Positions 1 to 7,879 of a stretch of 64,000 nt of DNA are shown piece by piece (the stretch's first letter is position 1; every line of letters starts with the position of its first letter). Under the pieces are notes generated by a model. That model ran no database searches. It was given only the letters and a program-made list of their open reading frames with translations, and was not told the DNA's origin. This DNA comes from an uncultured Clostridia bacterium (GTDB lineage: Bacteria > Bacillota > Clostridia > TANB77 > CAG-508): positions 90-64,089 of the forward strand of contig CALXCH010000002.1 in assembly GCA_944386735.1 (NCBI GenBank), in the 5' to 3' direction. Made by a program: the position numbers and the translations under genes.

Positions 1-558
1 ACTTGAATCTTTATATAATATACTTGCAAATCCTTCTGGTGAAAGAATAGAATATACTGCATTTTCTAGCATTACTATTTTATCTCCAACTCCTATTGCT
101 AATGCTCCACCACTTGAACCTTCACCAATTACAATACATATTATTGGTACTTTTATTCTTGACATTTCCATTAAGTTTCTTGCTATTGCTTCTCCTTGTC
201 CTCTTTCTTCTGCTCCCATTCCTGGATATGCTCCTGGTGTATCTATAAATGTTATTATTGGTCTTTTAAATTTTTCTGCTTGTTTCATTAATCTTAATGC
301 TTTTCTATATCCTTCTGGCTCAGGCATACCAAAATTTCTTTCCATATTTTCTTTTACATTTTTTCCTTTTTGTTCTCCTATTACTGTTACAGGTTTTCCT
401 TCTAATGTTCCTATTCCACCTACTATTGATTTATCATCTCCAAAGTTTCTGTCTCCATGAAGTTCTATGAAATCTTCAAATAAAGAATTTATATAGTCCA
501 TAGCTTTTGGTCTATCTAATTCTCTTGCAAGTTGTACTCTATCCCATGCTGTTTTCAT
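1..558 (-). CDS. accA: acetyl-CoA carboxylase carboxyltransferase alpha subunit; 5' part only, the gene runs off the window start
   Basis: My minus-strand translation from the ATG at 558 reads [27 protein letters not shown]...[26 protein letters not shown]...[12 protein letters not shown], which is typical AccA. The start lies 1 nt after the accD stop. It is absent from the ORF track because the window edge truncates it. Confidence 0.9.
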   Translation of the reverse strand, partial: MKTAWDRVQLARELDRPKAMDYINSLFEDFIELHGDRNFGDDKSIVGGIGTLEGKPVTVIGEQKGKNVKENMERNFGMPEPEGYRKALRLMKQAEKFKRPIITFIDTPGAYPGMGAEERGQGEAIARNLMEMSRIKVPIICIVIGEGSSGGALAIGVGDKIVMLENAVYSILSPEGFASILYKDSS

Positions 559-559
559 T

Positions 560-1417
560 TTATTTTCCTCCTTTTGTATGTAATCTAATTAGTTTTGCAA
601 GTGTTTCTTTCATATCTTTTCTTTCTACTATTTTATCTATAAAACCATGTTCTAGTAAAAATTCTGACCTTTGAAATCCTTCTGGCAATTTTTGTTTTAT
701 TGTTTGTTCTATTACTCTTGGCCCTGCAAATCCTATTAATGCTTTTGGCTCTGCTAAGATTATATCTCCTAAACTTGCAAAACTTGCTGTTACTCCTCCT
801 GTTGTTGGGTCTGTTAGTACAGATATATATAGAAGTCCATGTTCATTTAATTTTGCTATTGCTGCTGATGTTTTTGCCATTTGCATTAATGATACTATTC
901 CTTCTTGCATTCTTGCTCCACCTGATACACAAAACATTATTAGTGGTAATTTTTTCTTTATTGCTGTTTCTATTGCTAAGGTTATTCTTTCTCCTACAGC
1001 TGAGCCCATACTTCCCATAAGAAAGTTTCCGTCCATTACTCCTAATACCACTTTTTGTCCTTCTATTTCACAAGTTCCACATTTTACTGCTTCTTCTATT
1101 TTAGTCTTTTCTTTCAAACTTTCTACCTTTTTTAAGTATCCATCAAAATGCAAAGGGTCTTTTGTTAAAATGTCAGCTCCTATTTCTTTAAATGTTCCTT
1201 CATCCGCTATTTGTTTTATTCTTCTTCTTGCTGATAATCTAAAGTGTTTACCACAGTTAGGACATACGCTTAAATTATTATGAAAATCTTCTTTGTAAAT
1301 TATTTCTTTACAATTATCACATTTTACCCATTTTCCAATCATTCTGTCTGATGCTTTTTCATTCCTAACTTTTGTCTTTTCTTCTCCATTTAATTTCTTT
1401 ACCTTATCGATTATCAA
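560..1417 (-). CDS. accD: acetyl-CoA carboxylase carboxyltransferase beta subunit
   Basis: N-terminal C4 zinc ribbon (CDNC..CPNC) and a carboxyltransferase core ([17 protein letters not shown]). The maximal ORF reaches 1435, but a TTG at 1417 sits 8 nt after AAGGAGG and is the more likely start. Confidence 0.9.
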   Translation of the reverse strand: MIIDKVKKLNGEEKTKVRNEKASDRMIGKWVKCDNCKEIIYKEDFHNNLSVCPNCGKHFRLSARRRIKQIADEGTFKEIGADILTKDPLHFDGYLKKVESLKEKTKIEEAVKCGTCEIEGQKVVLGVMDGNFLMGSMGSAVGERITLAIETAIKKKLPLIMFCVSGGARMQEGIVSLMQMAKTSAAIAKLNEHGLLYISVLTDPTTGGVTASFASLGDIILAEPKALIGFAGPRVIEQTIKQKLPEGFQRSEFLLEHGFIDKIVERKDMKETLAKLIRLHTKGGK

Positions 1418-1502
1418 GGGTTTTACCTCCTTCACACCAATATGTTTTTTACTTTTGTATTATATATTTTATTTTTCTTTTTTTCAATTAGAATAAGTGG
1501 TC

Positions 1503-1532
1503 GAAAAAACAACCTATATTTCAAGGTTGCTT
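1503..1532 (-). terminator. intrinsic terminator after the histidine kinase gene
   Basis: On the minus strand AGCAACCT..AGGTTGTT forms a stem with one G-U pair, followed by TTTTTTCG. Confidence 0.6.
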
Positions 1533-1564
1533 TCTTTTTCATTAATTCTTTTAACTTGATTTAT

Positions 1565-2650
1565 TTACTTTTCTAACTCAATATCAAATTCTATATATTC
1601 ATCATCATTTTTTGCTGTAATTGTTCCTGCGTGAAGCTCAATTATTTCTTTAGTTATAGCTAGGCCAAGACCTGCTCCTCCTGTTGAACTTGTTCTTGAT
1701 GAATCTCCTCTATAAAATTTTTCAAATATCTTATCTAGTTTATATTCTGGTATCTTTTCTCCTTTATTTTTAAAAGAAATTAATATTTTATTTTCTTCTT
1801 CCTTTATTTTTATCTCAATAGTCGTATTTTCAAAGCTATAATTTATTGCATTTTTAAGAAGATTTCCAAATGCTCTTGCAAGTTTATCTCCATCACCTAA
1901 ATACATAACCTTTTCATCTGCTTCTAAATTACATTTTAAATGTTTTTCTTCTAGCATTGGGAAACACTCGTCTACCAATTGTTCTAAAAGATAAGACAAA
2001 TTAATATTTTGTTTATTTATTGGCATGCTGCTTAAGTTATATCTTGTTATATCAAAAAATTCATTTGTAAGTTCTTCTACCCTTAATGCCTTATCAAGAG
2101 CAATTTTCATATACTTTTCTTGCAGGTTTCTTGGTATTTCTTTCTCATCTGTTAAAAGTGTTAAATATCCTATAATAGAAGTAAGAGGTGTTTTTAGGTC
2201 ATGCGCCATATACATAATTAAATCATTTTTCTTATCTTCCGCTTCTTTTGCATTTTTCTTACTTAATATATAATCATATTTTATATCATTTAACTTTTCT
2301 GAAAATTCATTTACTTCACTTGGAAGTTTTATTGTTTCATTATCTTCTTTTAATATTAAATCTAAAGATTTATATACCTCGTTTATACTATCTACATATT
2401 TTGAGATAAATCTATATATTATAACAGCCAAAACAATTCCAATATAAATATAAACAACTATATCTCTATTTTCAACTATCCAAGCATATAGGTCATAATT
2501 TAATCTTTCTACTAATACTGATAAAGTATTTTCAAAAAATAAAGCAAGTATAAAATATACTACAATAGAAGCAACCACTGCAATTGCTAAGTTTCCAAGT
2601 AAAGTTATAAACAATTTCATTTTTCTTTTAGTTAATTTATCTGTTTCCAA
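1565..2650 (-). CDS. sensor histidine kinase (VanS-like)
   Basis: Two N-terminal TM helices, H-box MAHDLKTPLTSIIGY, and N/G boxes (LLKNAINYS, GGAGLGLAI). TTG start 7 nt after GGAGG. Confidence 0.85.
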   Translation of the reverse strand: METDKLTKRKMKLFITLLGNLAIAVVASIVVYFILALFFENTLSVLVERLNYDLYAWIVENRDIVVYIYIGIVLAVIIYRFISKYVDSINEVYKSLDLILKEDNETIKLPSEVNEFSEKLNDIKYDYILSKKNAKEAEDKKNDLIMYMAHDLKTPLTSIIGYLTLLTDEKEIPRNLQEKYMKIALDKALRVEELTNEFFDITRYNLSSMPINKQNINLSYLLEQLVDECFPMLEEKHLKCNLEADEKVMYLGDGDKLARAFGNLLKNAINYSFENTTIEIKIKEEENKILISFKNKGEKIPEYKLDKIFEKFYRGDSSRTSSTGGAGLGLAITKEIIELHAGTITAKNDDEYIEFDIELEK

Positions 2651-2682
2651 TTTTAATCCTCCAATATTTTTTATTTATATTA

Positions 2683-3279
2683 TCATCCTAATAAGGGCTC
2701 TATTGTAAATGCAAACCAAAACGGAAAGTATAAGAAAAACATTCCTAAAAAGCTAAAAAGTATATAAGCTATTGGTCCTTTTGTTCCATTTACTCCATTT
2801 TTATATTTTTTAAATAGTTTACTAAATACCATCCATATGAAATATCCAATAATAGTTCCTAATGTATTTGCAATTAAGTCATCTACATCTGTTGCTCTTG
2901 TTGTTATTAATTGTGACAACTCTATTAATAAAGAAAAGCAAAATCCTACCACTGTTGTTTTATATAATCTTCTATAACCTTTCCAAATAAACGGAAGTAA
3001 AAATCCTAGTGGTACACACATAATTATATTTAGGTAAAATGTGATGCTTATTCCTGTGCTAAATGGTATAAGATTAACATTTGGTTTATTTATTCCGCCT
3101 TCTGGTGCATAGATAATATCAGTTAATCCTCCTGCTCCTGTTACACTATATACCATCCAAATATATAAAATAAAAAGTAATATAAATATTATATAAAATT
3201 TCTTTTCTTTCCTATCTTTAAAAAGCAAATAAATCAAGCAAGGTAAAAAAGCACATAAAAAACTATAAATAGCTACCAT
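2683..3279 (-). CDS. VanZ-like family membrane protein
   Basis: Multi-TM protein with a VanZ-like pattern (NLIPF, ATDVDDLIANTLG). The ATG at 3279 follows GGAGG. It lies between the response regulator and the kinase. Confidence 0.65.
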   Translation of the reverse strand: MVAIYSFLCAFLPCLIYLLFKDRKEKKFYIIFILLFILYIWMVYSVTGAGGLTDIIYAPEGGINKPNVNLIPFSTGISITFYLNIIMCVPLGFLLPFIWKGYRRLYKTTVVGFCFSLLIELSQLITTRATDVDDLIANTLGTIIGYFIWMVFSKLFKKYKNGVNGTKGPIAYILFSFLGMFFLYFPFWFAFTIEPLLG

Positions 3280-3291
3280 AATCAAGGCCTC

Positions 3292-3981
3292 CTACTCTAT
3301 TTTATAACCTACTCCCCAAACTGTTTTTATAAACTTTGGTTTCTTAGTGTTCTCTCCTAGTTTTTCTCTTATTCTTCTAATATGAACCATTACAGTGTTA
3401 TTACTATCAAAATATTTTTCTTTCCATACCTTTTCAAATAGCTCTTCTGAACTTATTACTTTTCCTCTGTTATTTGCAAGATAAAGTAATATCTCAAACT
3501 CAAGTGGTGTTAGGTCTATTTCTTTATCATATAATAAGCATTTATGTTCTTGCTTTTCTATTGTTAATCCATTTATTTCTATAATATCATTATTCTTCTT
3601 ATTTTCAGCATCATTATATAATGTATATCTTCTAAACTGTGACTTTACTCTTGCAACTAATTCTAATGGATTAAATGGCTTTGTTATATAATCATCTGCT
3701 CCTAGAGTTAAGCCTTTTATTTTATCATTATCTTCTATTTTTGCGGTAAGCATTATAATCGGGAATTTTAATCCTTTATCACGTATATATTTACATATTT
3801 CAAATCCATTTTTTCCATTTATCATTATATCTAGTATTGCCATATCTAATTTTTCTTTATCAATACATTTTATTGCATCAATCGAATTATAAAATTTATA
3901 TACATTGTAGTTTTCATTTTTTAAATAGACTTCAACCAAATCTGCAATTTCCTTTTCATCATCCAATACTAATATATTCAT
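3292..3981 (-). CDS. OmpR/PhoB-family response regulator (VanR-like)
   Basis: Receiver domain (DD..D..K pattern; LDIMINGKNGF) plus a winged-helix C-terminus (TVWGVGYKI). Confidence 0.9.
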   Translation of the reverse strand: MNILVLDDEKEIADLVEVYLKNENYNVYKFYNSIDAIKCIDKEKLDMAILDIMINGKNGFEICKYIRDKGLKFPIIMLTAKIEDNDKIKGLTLGADDYITKPFNPLELVARVKSQFRRYTLYNDAENKKNNDIIEINGLTIEKQEHKCLLYDKEIDLTPLEFEILLYLANNRGKVISSEELFEKVWKEKYFDSNNTVMVHIRRIREKLGENTKKPKFIKTVWGVGYKIE

Positions 3982-4136
3982 TTCGTCCTTCCTCTCTTTT
4001 ACTAAATAAATTATAACATATAAATTATTGTTTTTTACATGATTTTATAAATCGTAAGAAAATGTTAAGAATTTTGTTAGATTTTCTTTAAGAACTTTTA
4101 TTTTTTATTTGGTATAAATATTTCAGGGTGATTTAT

Positions 4137-4883
4137 ATGAATAAAAATATTAAAAGAAATAAAAAGAAAAAATTAAATTTAAAATTTATTTTGTTTATTA
4201 TAATTATTATATTATTTGGGATTTATTTATTATACACTTTAAACTATTCCTTAACTACTAATATATTTTTACCTTTGTCTAATTCTAAAAATGACAATTA
4301 TTCTGGTATAGGCCAAGAAACAGTTAATGATAAAGATGGTTATTTTACTACTTTTACAACAATAGATGAAAATAAAAAAACATATAAAGAATTTAAACAA
4401 AACGGTGATAGCTCTTGGGCACAAAATTCTTATTGGGGTGGTACTATGGAAGAAAATGGTTGTGGTATTACTGCTTTATCAATTATTGCTAGTGGTTATG
4501 GAAAAAATGTTACTCCTGAAGATTTAAGAAAAGAATTTTATCCCGTTCTTGATGGGAATGACTTTGGTAGTGTTTTAAGAAATTATTATGGAATAAAAAA
4601 TACAGACTTCTTATATGATACATCATATTTTTCTAATAATTATATTTTGGACTACTTGAAAACTAATAGACCTATTCTTGTTTGTGTTTGGAATAAACCA
4701 CATGATAATAGATGGACTACTGCTTCACATTATTTAGTTCTTCTTGCTTGTGATGATAATAATAAAGTTTATGTTTCTAATCCTAATGGTGGTAAAAATG
4801 ATAGCAAATCTTCTGGTTGGTATGATATAAATGAAGTAACCCCTTTTATTGCAAAAATTCTTTTTATAGAAAGTTATACTTAA
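4137..4883 (+). CDS. membrane-anchored peptidase C39-like (papain-fold) domain protein
   Basis: N-terminal TM anchor. Candidate catalytic Cys in NGCGITALSIIASGYG and His in TASHYLVLL, resembling the Peptidase_C39_2 family. The track ORF starts at GTG 4128; the ATG at 4137 follows AGGGTG. Confidence 0.5.
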   Translation: MNKNIKRNKKKKLNLKFILFIIIIILFGIYLLYTLNYSLTTNIFLPLSNSKNDNYSGIGQETVNDKDGYFTTFTTIDENKKTYKEFKQNGDSSWAQNSYWGGTMEENGCGITALSIIASGYGKNVTPEDLRKEFYPVLDGNDFGSVLRNYYGIKNTDFLYDTSYFSNNYILDYLKTNRPILVCVWNKPHDNRWTTASHYLVLLACDDNNKVYVSNPNGGKNDSKSSGWYDINEVTPFIAKILFIESYT

Positions 4884-4918
4884 AATTTTCTATTAATTTA
4901 ATTCATTATTTAATTTTA

Positions 4919-4953
4919 GAGCTGTTTTTTGACCCCGTCCCAAAAAACAGCTC
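4919..4953. repeat. H2 hairpin repeat, copy 1
   Basis: GAGCTGTTTTTT-GACCCCGTCCC-AAAAAACAGCTC. The same core recurs at 44906-44934 and 61941-61975. It lies between convergent genes. Confidence 0.85.
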
Positions 4954-4995
4954 TTTGTAACTACCATGTCTATTACAAAATGTAACAGATACTTT

Positions 4996-5808
4996 TTAAA
5001 AACCATTTCCTTCTGCAAGTATTTGCATTGCACCTGTAAGTCCAAGTCCTTCTATTTCCAAATAAAATCCAATATATTTGGCGTTTATGGAAATGACAGG
5101 TCTTAAGTACATTACTTCCATGTCTTCCCTACCATTAGTAGAAAAAAGTGTTTTACAATGATCTTTACAACAAATTTGGTTATAAAGTGCACAACCAACA
5201 CCAAATTCTGCATGGTCAGGATAGGTTTGACAAAACGTACTTGCAAGCCAATGTTCCTTTGGCGAAAAGATTTCTTTTTCATTTTCGTCAAAGCCGAGTA
5301 TTATAGCAAAAAATGATGAATTTTGTATAGCCTTTCTTTCTTTTTCATACCTATTGTTAGTAAAACTTTGGGGTGAAAAATCAGTTTTTTGATAAACATA
5401 TTGTTCTTCTTTAATGCGTTCATGAAATTCCTTTTCCCTAGTAAGATTTGCATAATCTCTTACTGTAATTGACCTTGAAAATATAACACCTGGAATAGAA
5501 AAAACTCCAGCCAATTCATTTAAAATTCTAGTAGCATTTATAAAGCCTTTTGCTCCGTAAAATCCAATATGAAAAATTGGGTCAGCAAAGAATGTTAGAT
5601 ATTGTTCCTTCTGTATATTTTCCTTTCCAACAAAAGTTAAATTCAAAGAACCTTCAAGGTCTGATACAAAATATTCAAAATCTTTCCATCCGTTTTCTTC
5701 TTGACTTACAATATGTGTCTTTTCCTTAAAATGTTTAAGTTTAAGAGATGTAACATCTCCTGGCCAAAACTCCAATTTTGAGCCTTTTACTGCACACATT
5801 TCCCACAT
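4996..5808 (-). CDS. hypothetical protein (270 aa), GC-elevated orphan gene
   Basis: Long ORF with an SD (GGAGAAAGGAAC) before the ATG. Visibly higher G+C than its neighbours. Cys-rich C-terminal part (CQTYPDH..CALYNQICCKDHC). I recognise no family. Confidence 0.6.
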   Translation of the reverse strand: MWEMCAVKGSKLEFWPGDVTSLKLKHFKEKTHIVSQEENGWKDFEYFVSDLEGSLNLTFVGKENIQKEQYLTFFADPIFHIGFYGAKGFINATRILNELAGVFSIPGVIFSRSITVRDYANLTREKEFHERIKEEQYVYQKTDFSPQSFTNNRYEKERKAIQNSSFFAIILGFDENEKEIFSPKEHWLASTFCQTYPDHAEFGVGCALYNQICCKDHCKTLFSTNGREDMEVMYLRPVISINAKYIGFYLEIEGLGLTGAMQILAEGNGF

Positions 5809-5854
5809 GATAGTTCCTTTCTCCTATCTGTTGTCTTTCCTTGTTGCATGTACA

Positions 5855-5872
5855 AAGTAACATTTGTTACTT
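5855..5872. promoter_or_regulatory. perfect 8+8 palindrome in the 5' leader of the 270-aa orphan gene
   Basis: AAGTAACA-TT-TGTTACTT, about 45 nt upstream of the ATG at 5808 and downstream of a TGTGTTAAAAT extended -10. It could be an operator or an RNA hairpin. Confidence 0.4.
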
Positions 5873-6168
5873 GATAGCTTAAAAAGTTATCTTTAACATT
5901 TTAACACAATTAACATAAAATTTAAAGACCTTTTATTTTATTTTTCTTATTTTAAAAGAAAAGCAGAACCTATAAAAATCTTTTTTGGGTAAATTTCAAT
6001 GTTCTAAAAACTTCTCACTCCAATTCCACATAATTCTATCTGTTCTTTATTTTTAAATATTTTTGAATTTTTTGTAATTTTACTAGACAGCAACTAACCT
6101 TTGTGATATTATATATTTTGTAAGAACAAAAGATATGAAATGTAATTATTTCATTTAGGAGGTTTAAA

Positions 6169-6630
6169 ATGTCAAAATTACGAAATTTAAAATTTATTAT
6201 AATATCTGTAAGTATTATAACTTTTATGTTTTTATTAAATAGTTGTTACGCTGTTGATCTAAATTTAAGTACAGATTTAACTTCTAACATGTCAACAAAT
6301 ACAACTAATGAAACAGATACAAATACTTCACTAAATGATAACCAAAATGTTACTGATACAAATACATTTGGAAATACTGTTTCAAATACAACAAGTAGTA
6401 CTACTTCAAATACCAATAATTCAGCATACACAAATACTGGATCATATAATACAAATACTTCAAGCACACCAAACACATCTACAAATTCAAGTTCTTCTTC
6501 AGCAAAAGTAACTAGTACTTTACCAGAAAGTGAATTAGGTTTACCAAACATATTAAATATTCTTTTAATTGTTATTGGTGTTTTACTTATTTTACTTGCA
6601 ATTGCAATTTTAATTAGATTAAAAAAATAA
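6169..6630 (+). CDS. secreted Ser/Thr/Asn-rich low-complexity protein with a C-terminal membrane anchor
   Basis: Signal or TM segment, a long T/S/N tract, then a hydrophobic helix and an RLKK tail. SD AGGAGG. Confidence 0.6.
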   Translation: MSKLRNLKFIIISVSIITFMFLLNSCYAVDLNLSTDLTSNMSTNTTNETDTNTSLNDNQNVTDTNTFGNTVSNTTSSTTSNTNNSAYTNTGSYNTNTSSTPNTSTNSSSSSAKVTSTLPESELGLPNILNILLIVIGVLLILLAIAILIRLKK

Positions 6631-6686
6631 AATTTTAAAAATAAAATTAAAAAAATAAAATTGAAAAATATTAAAATTGATAATCT

Positions 6687-6722
6687 TTAAAGCTCTATTT
6701 AAAATAGAGCTTTAATTTTTTC
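6687..6722 (+). terminator. intrinsic terminator
   Basis: TTAAAGCTCTATTT / AAATAGAGCTTTAA stem followed by TTTTTT. Confidence 0.75.
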
Positions 6723-6827
6723 CATGTATATTTTATTTAAAAAATAAAATACTAATATTATAATTATTTTTCATATGGCTTTATTATGGAAAATATTGTT
6801 TTAATTTTTTTATAGGAGGAACCTTTT

Positions 6828-7289
6828 ATGTATAAGAAATTAATATTAAGCACATGCATTTTACTTGTAACTATTGTTTTCGTTTTTAGCGTCTCTCTTG
6901 CAAATGATGGCGCCAATATGTTACACGATGCTGCAAATGGTGTAAGAAATGTAGTTGGTGGCGCAGAAAATGCCGTTGAAGATGCAGCTGGTGGAGTATC
7001 TAATACTGCTAAAGATATGACAAACGGTGTGGAAAATGGTGCAAAATCTGCTACTAACTCTATGAGAAATTCTACTGGTACTACTAAAGATACTAATGAC
7101 AATCCAAATAATAATGGATATCTAGCTACTAGAACTTCTACAAATGCAAATGGAGCTGCAACATTCATGGGAATGACTTCTACAACATGGACTTGGTTAA
7201 TCATGGGAATTGCTACAATTGCAATAGTTGCTCTTGTGTGGTACTATGGAAGCCAAGTAAAATCTTCTAGATATGATGATAGAGATTAA
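6828..7289 (+). CDS. secreted or membrane-anchored protein with repeated A-x-x-G-V-x-N motifs
   Basis: Signal peptide, repeated (A)ANGVRN / AAGGVSN / TNGVENG units, and a C-terminal TM helix. SD AGGAGG. Confidence 0.6.
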   Translation: MYKKLILSTCILLVTIVFVFSVSLANDGANMLHDAANGVRNVVGGAENAVEDAAGGVSNTAKDMTNGVENGAKSATNSMRNSTGTTKDTNDNPNNNGYLATRTSTNANGAATFMGMTSTTWTWLIMGIATIAIVALVWYYGSQVKSSRYDDRD

Positions 7290-7302
7290 TTTTTATCTTA
7301 AT

Positions 7303-7341
7303 AAATGCACTTTAAGTAAATTTTAAAGTGCATTTTTATAT
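7303..7341 (+). terminator. intrinsic terminator
   Basis: AAATGCACTTTAA / TTAAAGTGCATTT stem followed by TTTATATTTT. Confidence 0.75.
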
Positions 7342-7391
7342 TTTATATGTTATAATATTTGTTGTAAAATATAAAAAACAGAGGTAGTAAC

Positions 7392-7851
7392 ATGAATACA
7401 AAATTAATTGCAAAAAATCCAACTGCTTATCATAATTATACAATTGAAGATAAATTAGAAGCAGGAATTGTACTTTCCGGTACAGAAATAAAATCTATTA
7501 GAAAAGGAAAAGCTAATTTAAAAGACAGCTATGCTATTATTAAAAATGGTGAAGTTTTTATTGTGGGAATGCATATTAGCCCATATGAACAGGGAAATAT
7601 TTTTAATAAAGATCCTATGCGTGATAGAAAACTTTTATTAAATAAAAAAGAAATAAATAAATTAATTGGATTAACAAAACAAAAAGGTTATAGCTTAGTT
7701 CCTATTAGTTTATATTTTAAAGGAAGTTTAGTAAAAGTAGAATTAGGAATTCGGTAAAGGTAAAAAATTATATGATAAACGTCAAGATATTGCTAAAAAG
7801 GATGCAGAGCGAAGAATAAATCAAGCTATGAAACAAAAATACAGAGAATAA
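7392..7851 (+). pseudogene. smpB: SsrA-binding protein SmpB, interrupted by a +1 frameshift near 7750-7755
   Basis: Frame 0 gives 121 aa of SmpB ([39 protein letters not shown]). The conserved C-terminal tail [32 protein letters not shown] continues in the +1 frame (7753-7851). Confidence 0.85.
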
Positions 7852-7870
7852 TTTTTTCTCTGTATTTTCA
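7841..7870. terminator. bidirectional terminator between smpB and the DUF2207 gene
   Basis: ACAGAGAA / TTCTCTGT stem flanked by T-rich and A-rich runs. Confidence 0.6.
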
Positions 7871-7879
7871 TTTTCATAT

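Noticed and set aside
6520-6630. The C-terminus of the S/T/N-rich protein considered as a sortase (LPXTG) sorting signal.
   Set aside because: The hydrophobic helix plus RLKK tail fits, but the preceding motif is LPESE, not LPXTG/SPXTG. I call it only a C-terminal membrane anchor.
7758-7879. Expected a tmRNA gene (ssrA) downstream of smpB.
   Set aside because: The 120-nt interval is filled by the frameshifted smpB tail and a terminator hairpin. There is no tRNA-like acceptor/T-arm sequence and no tag reading frame.
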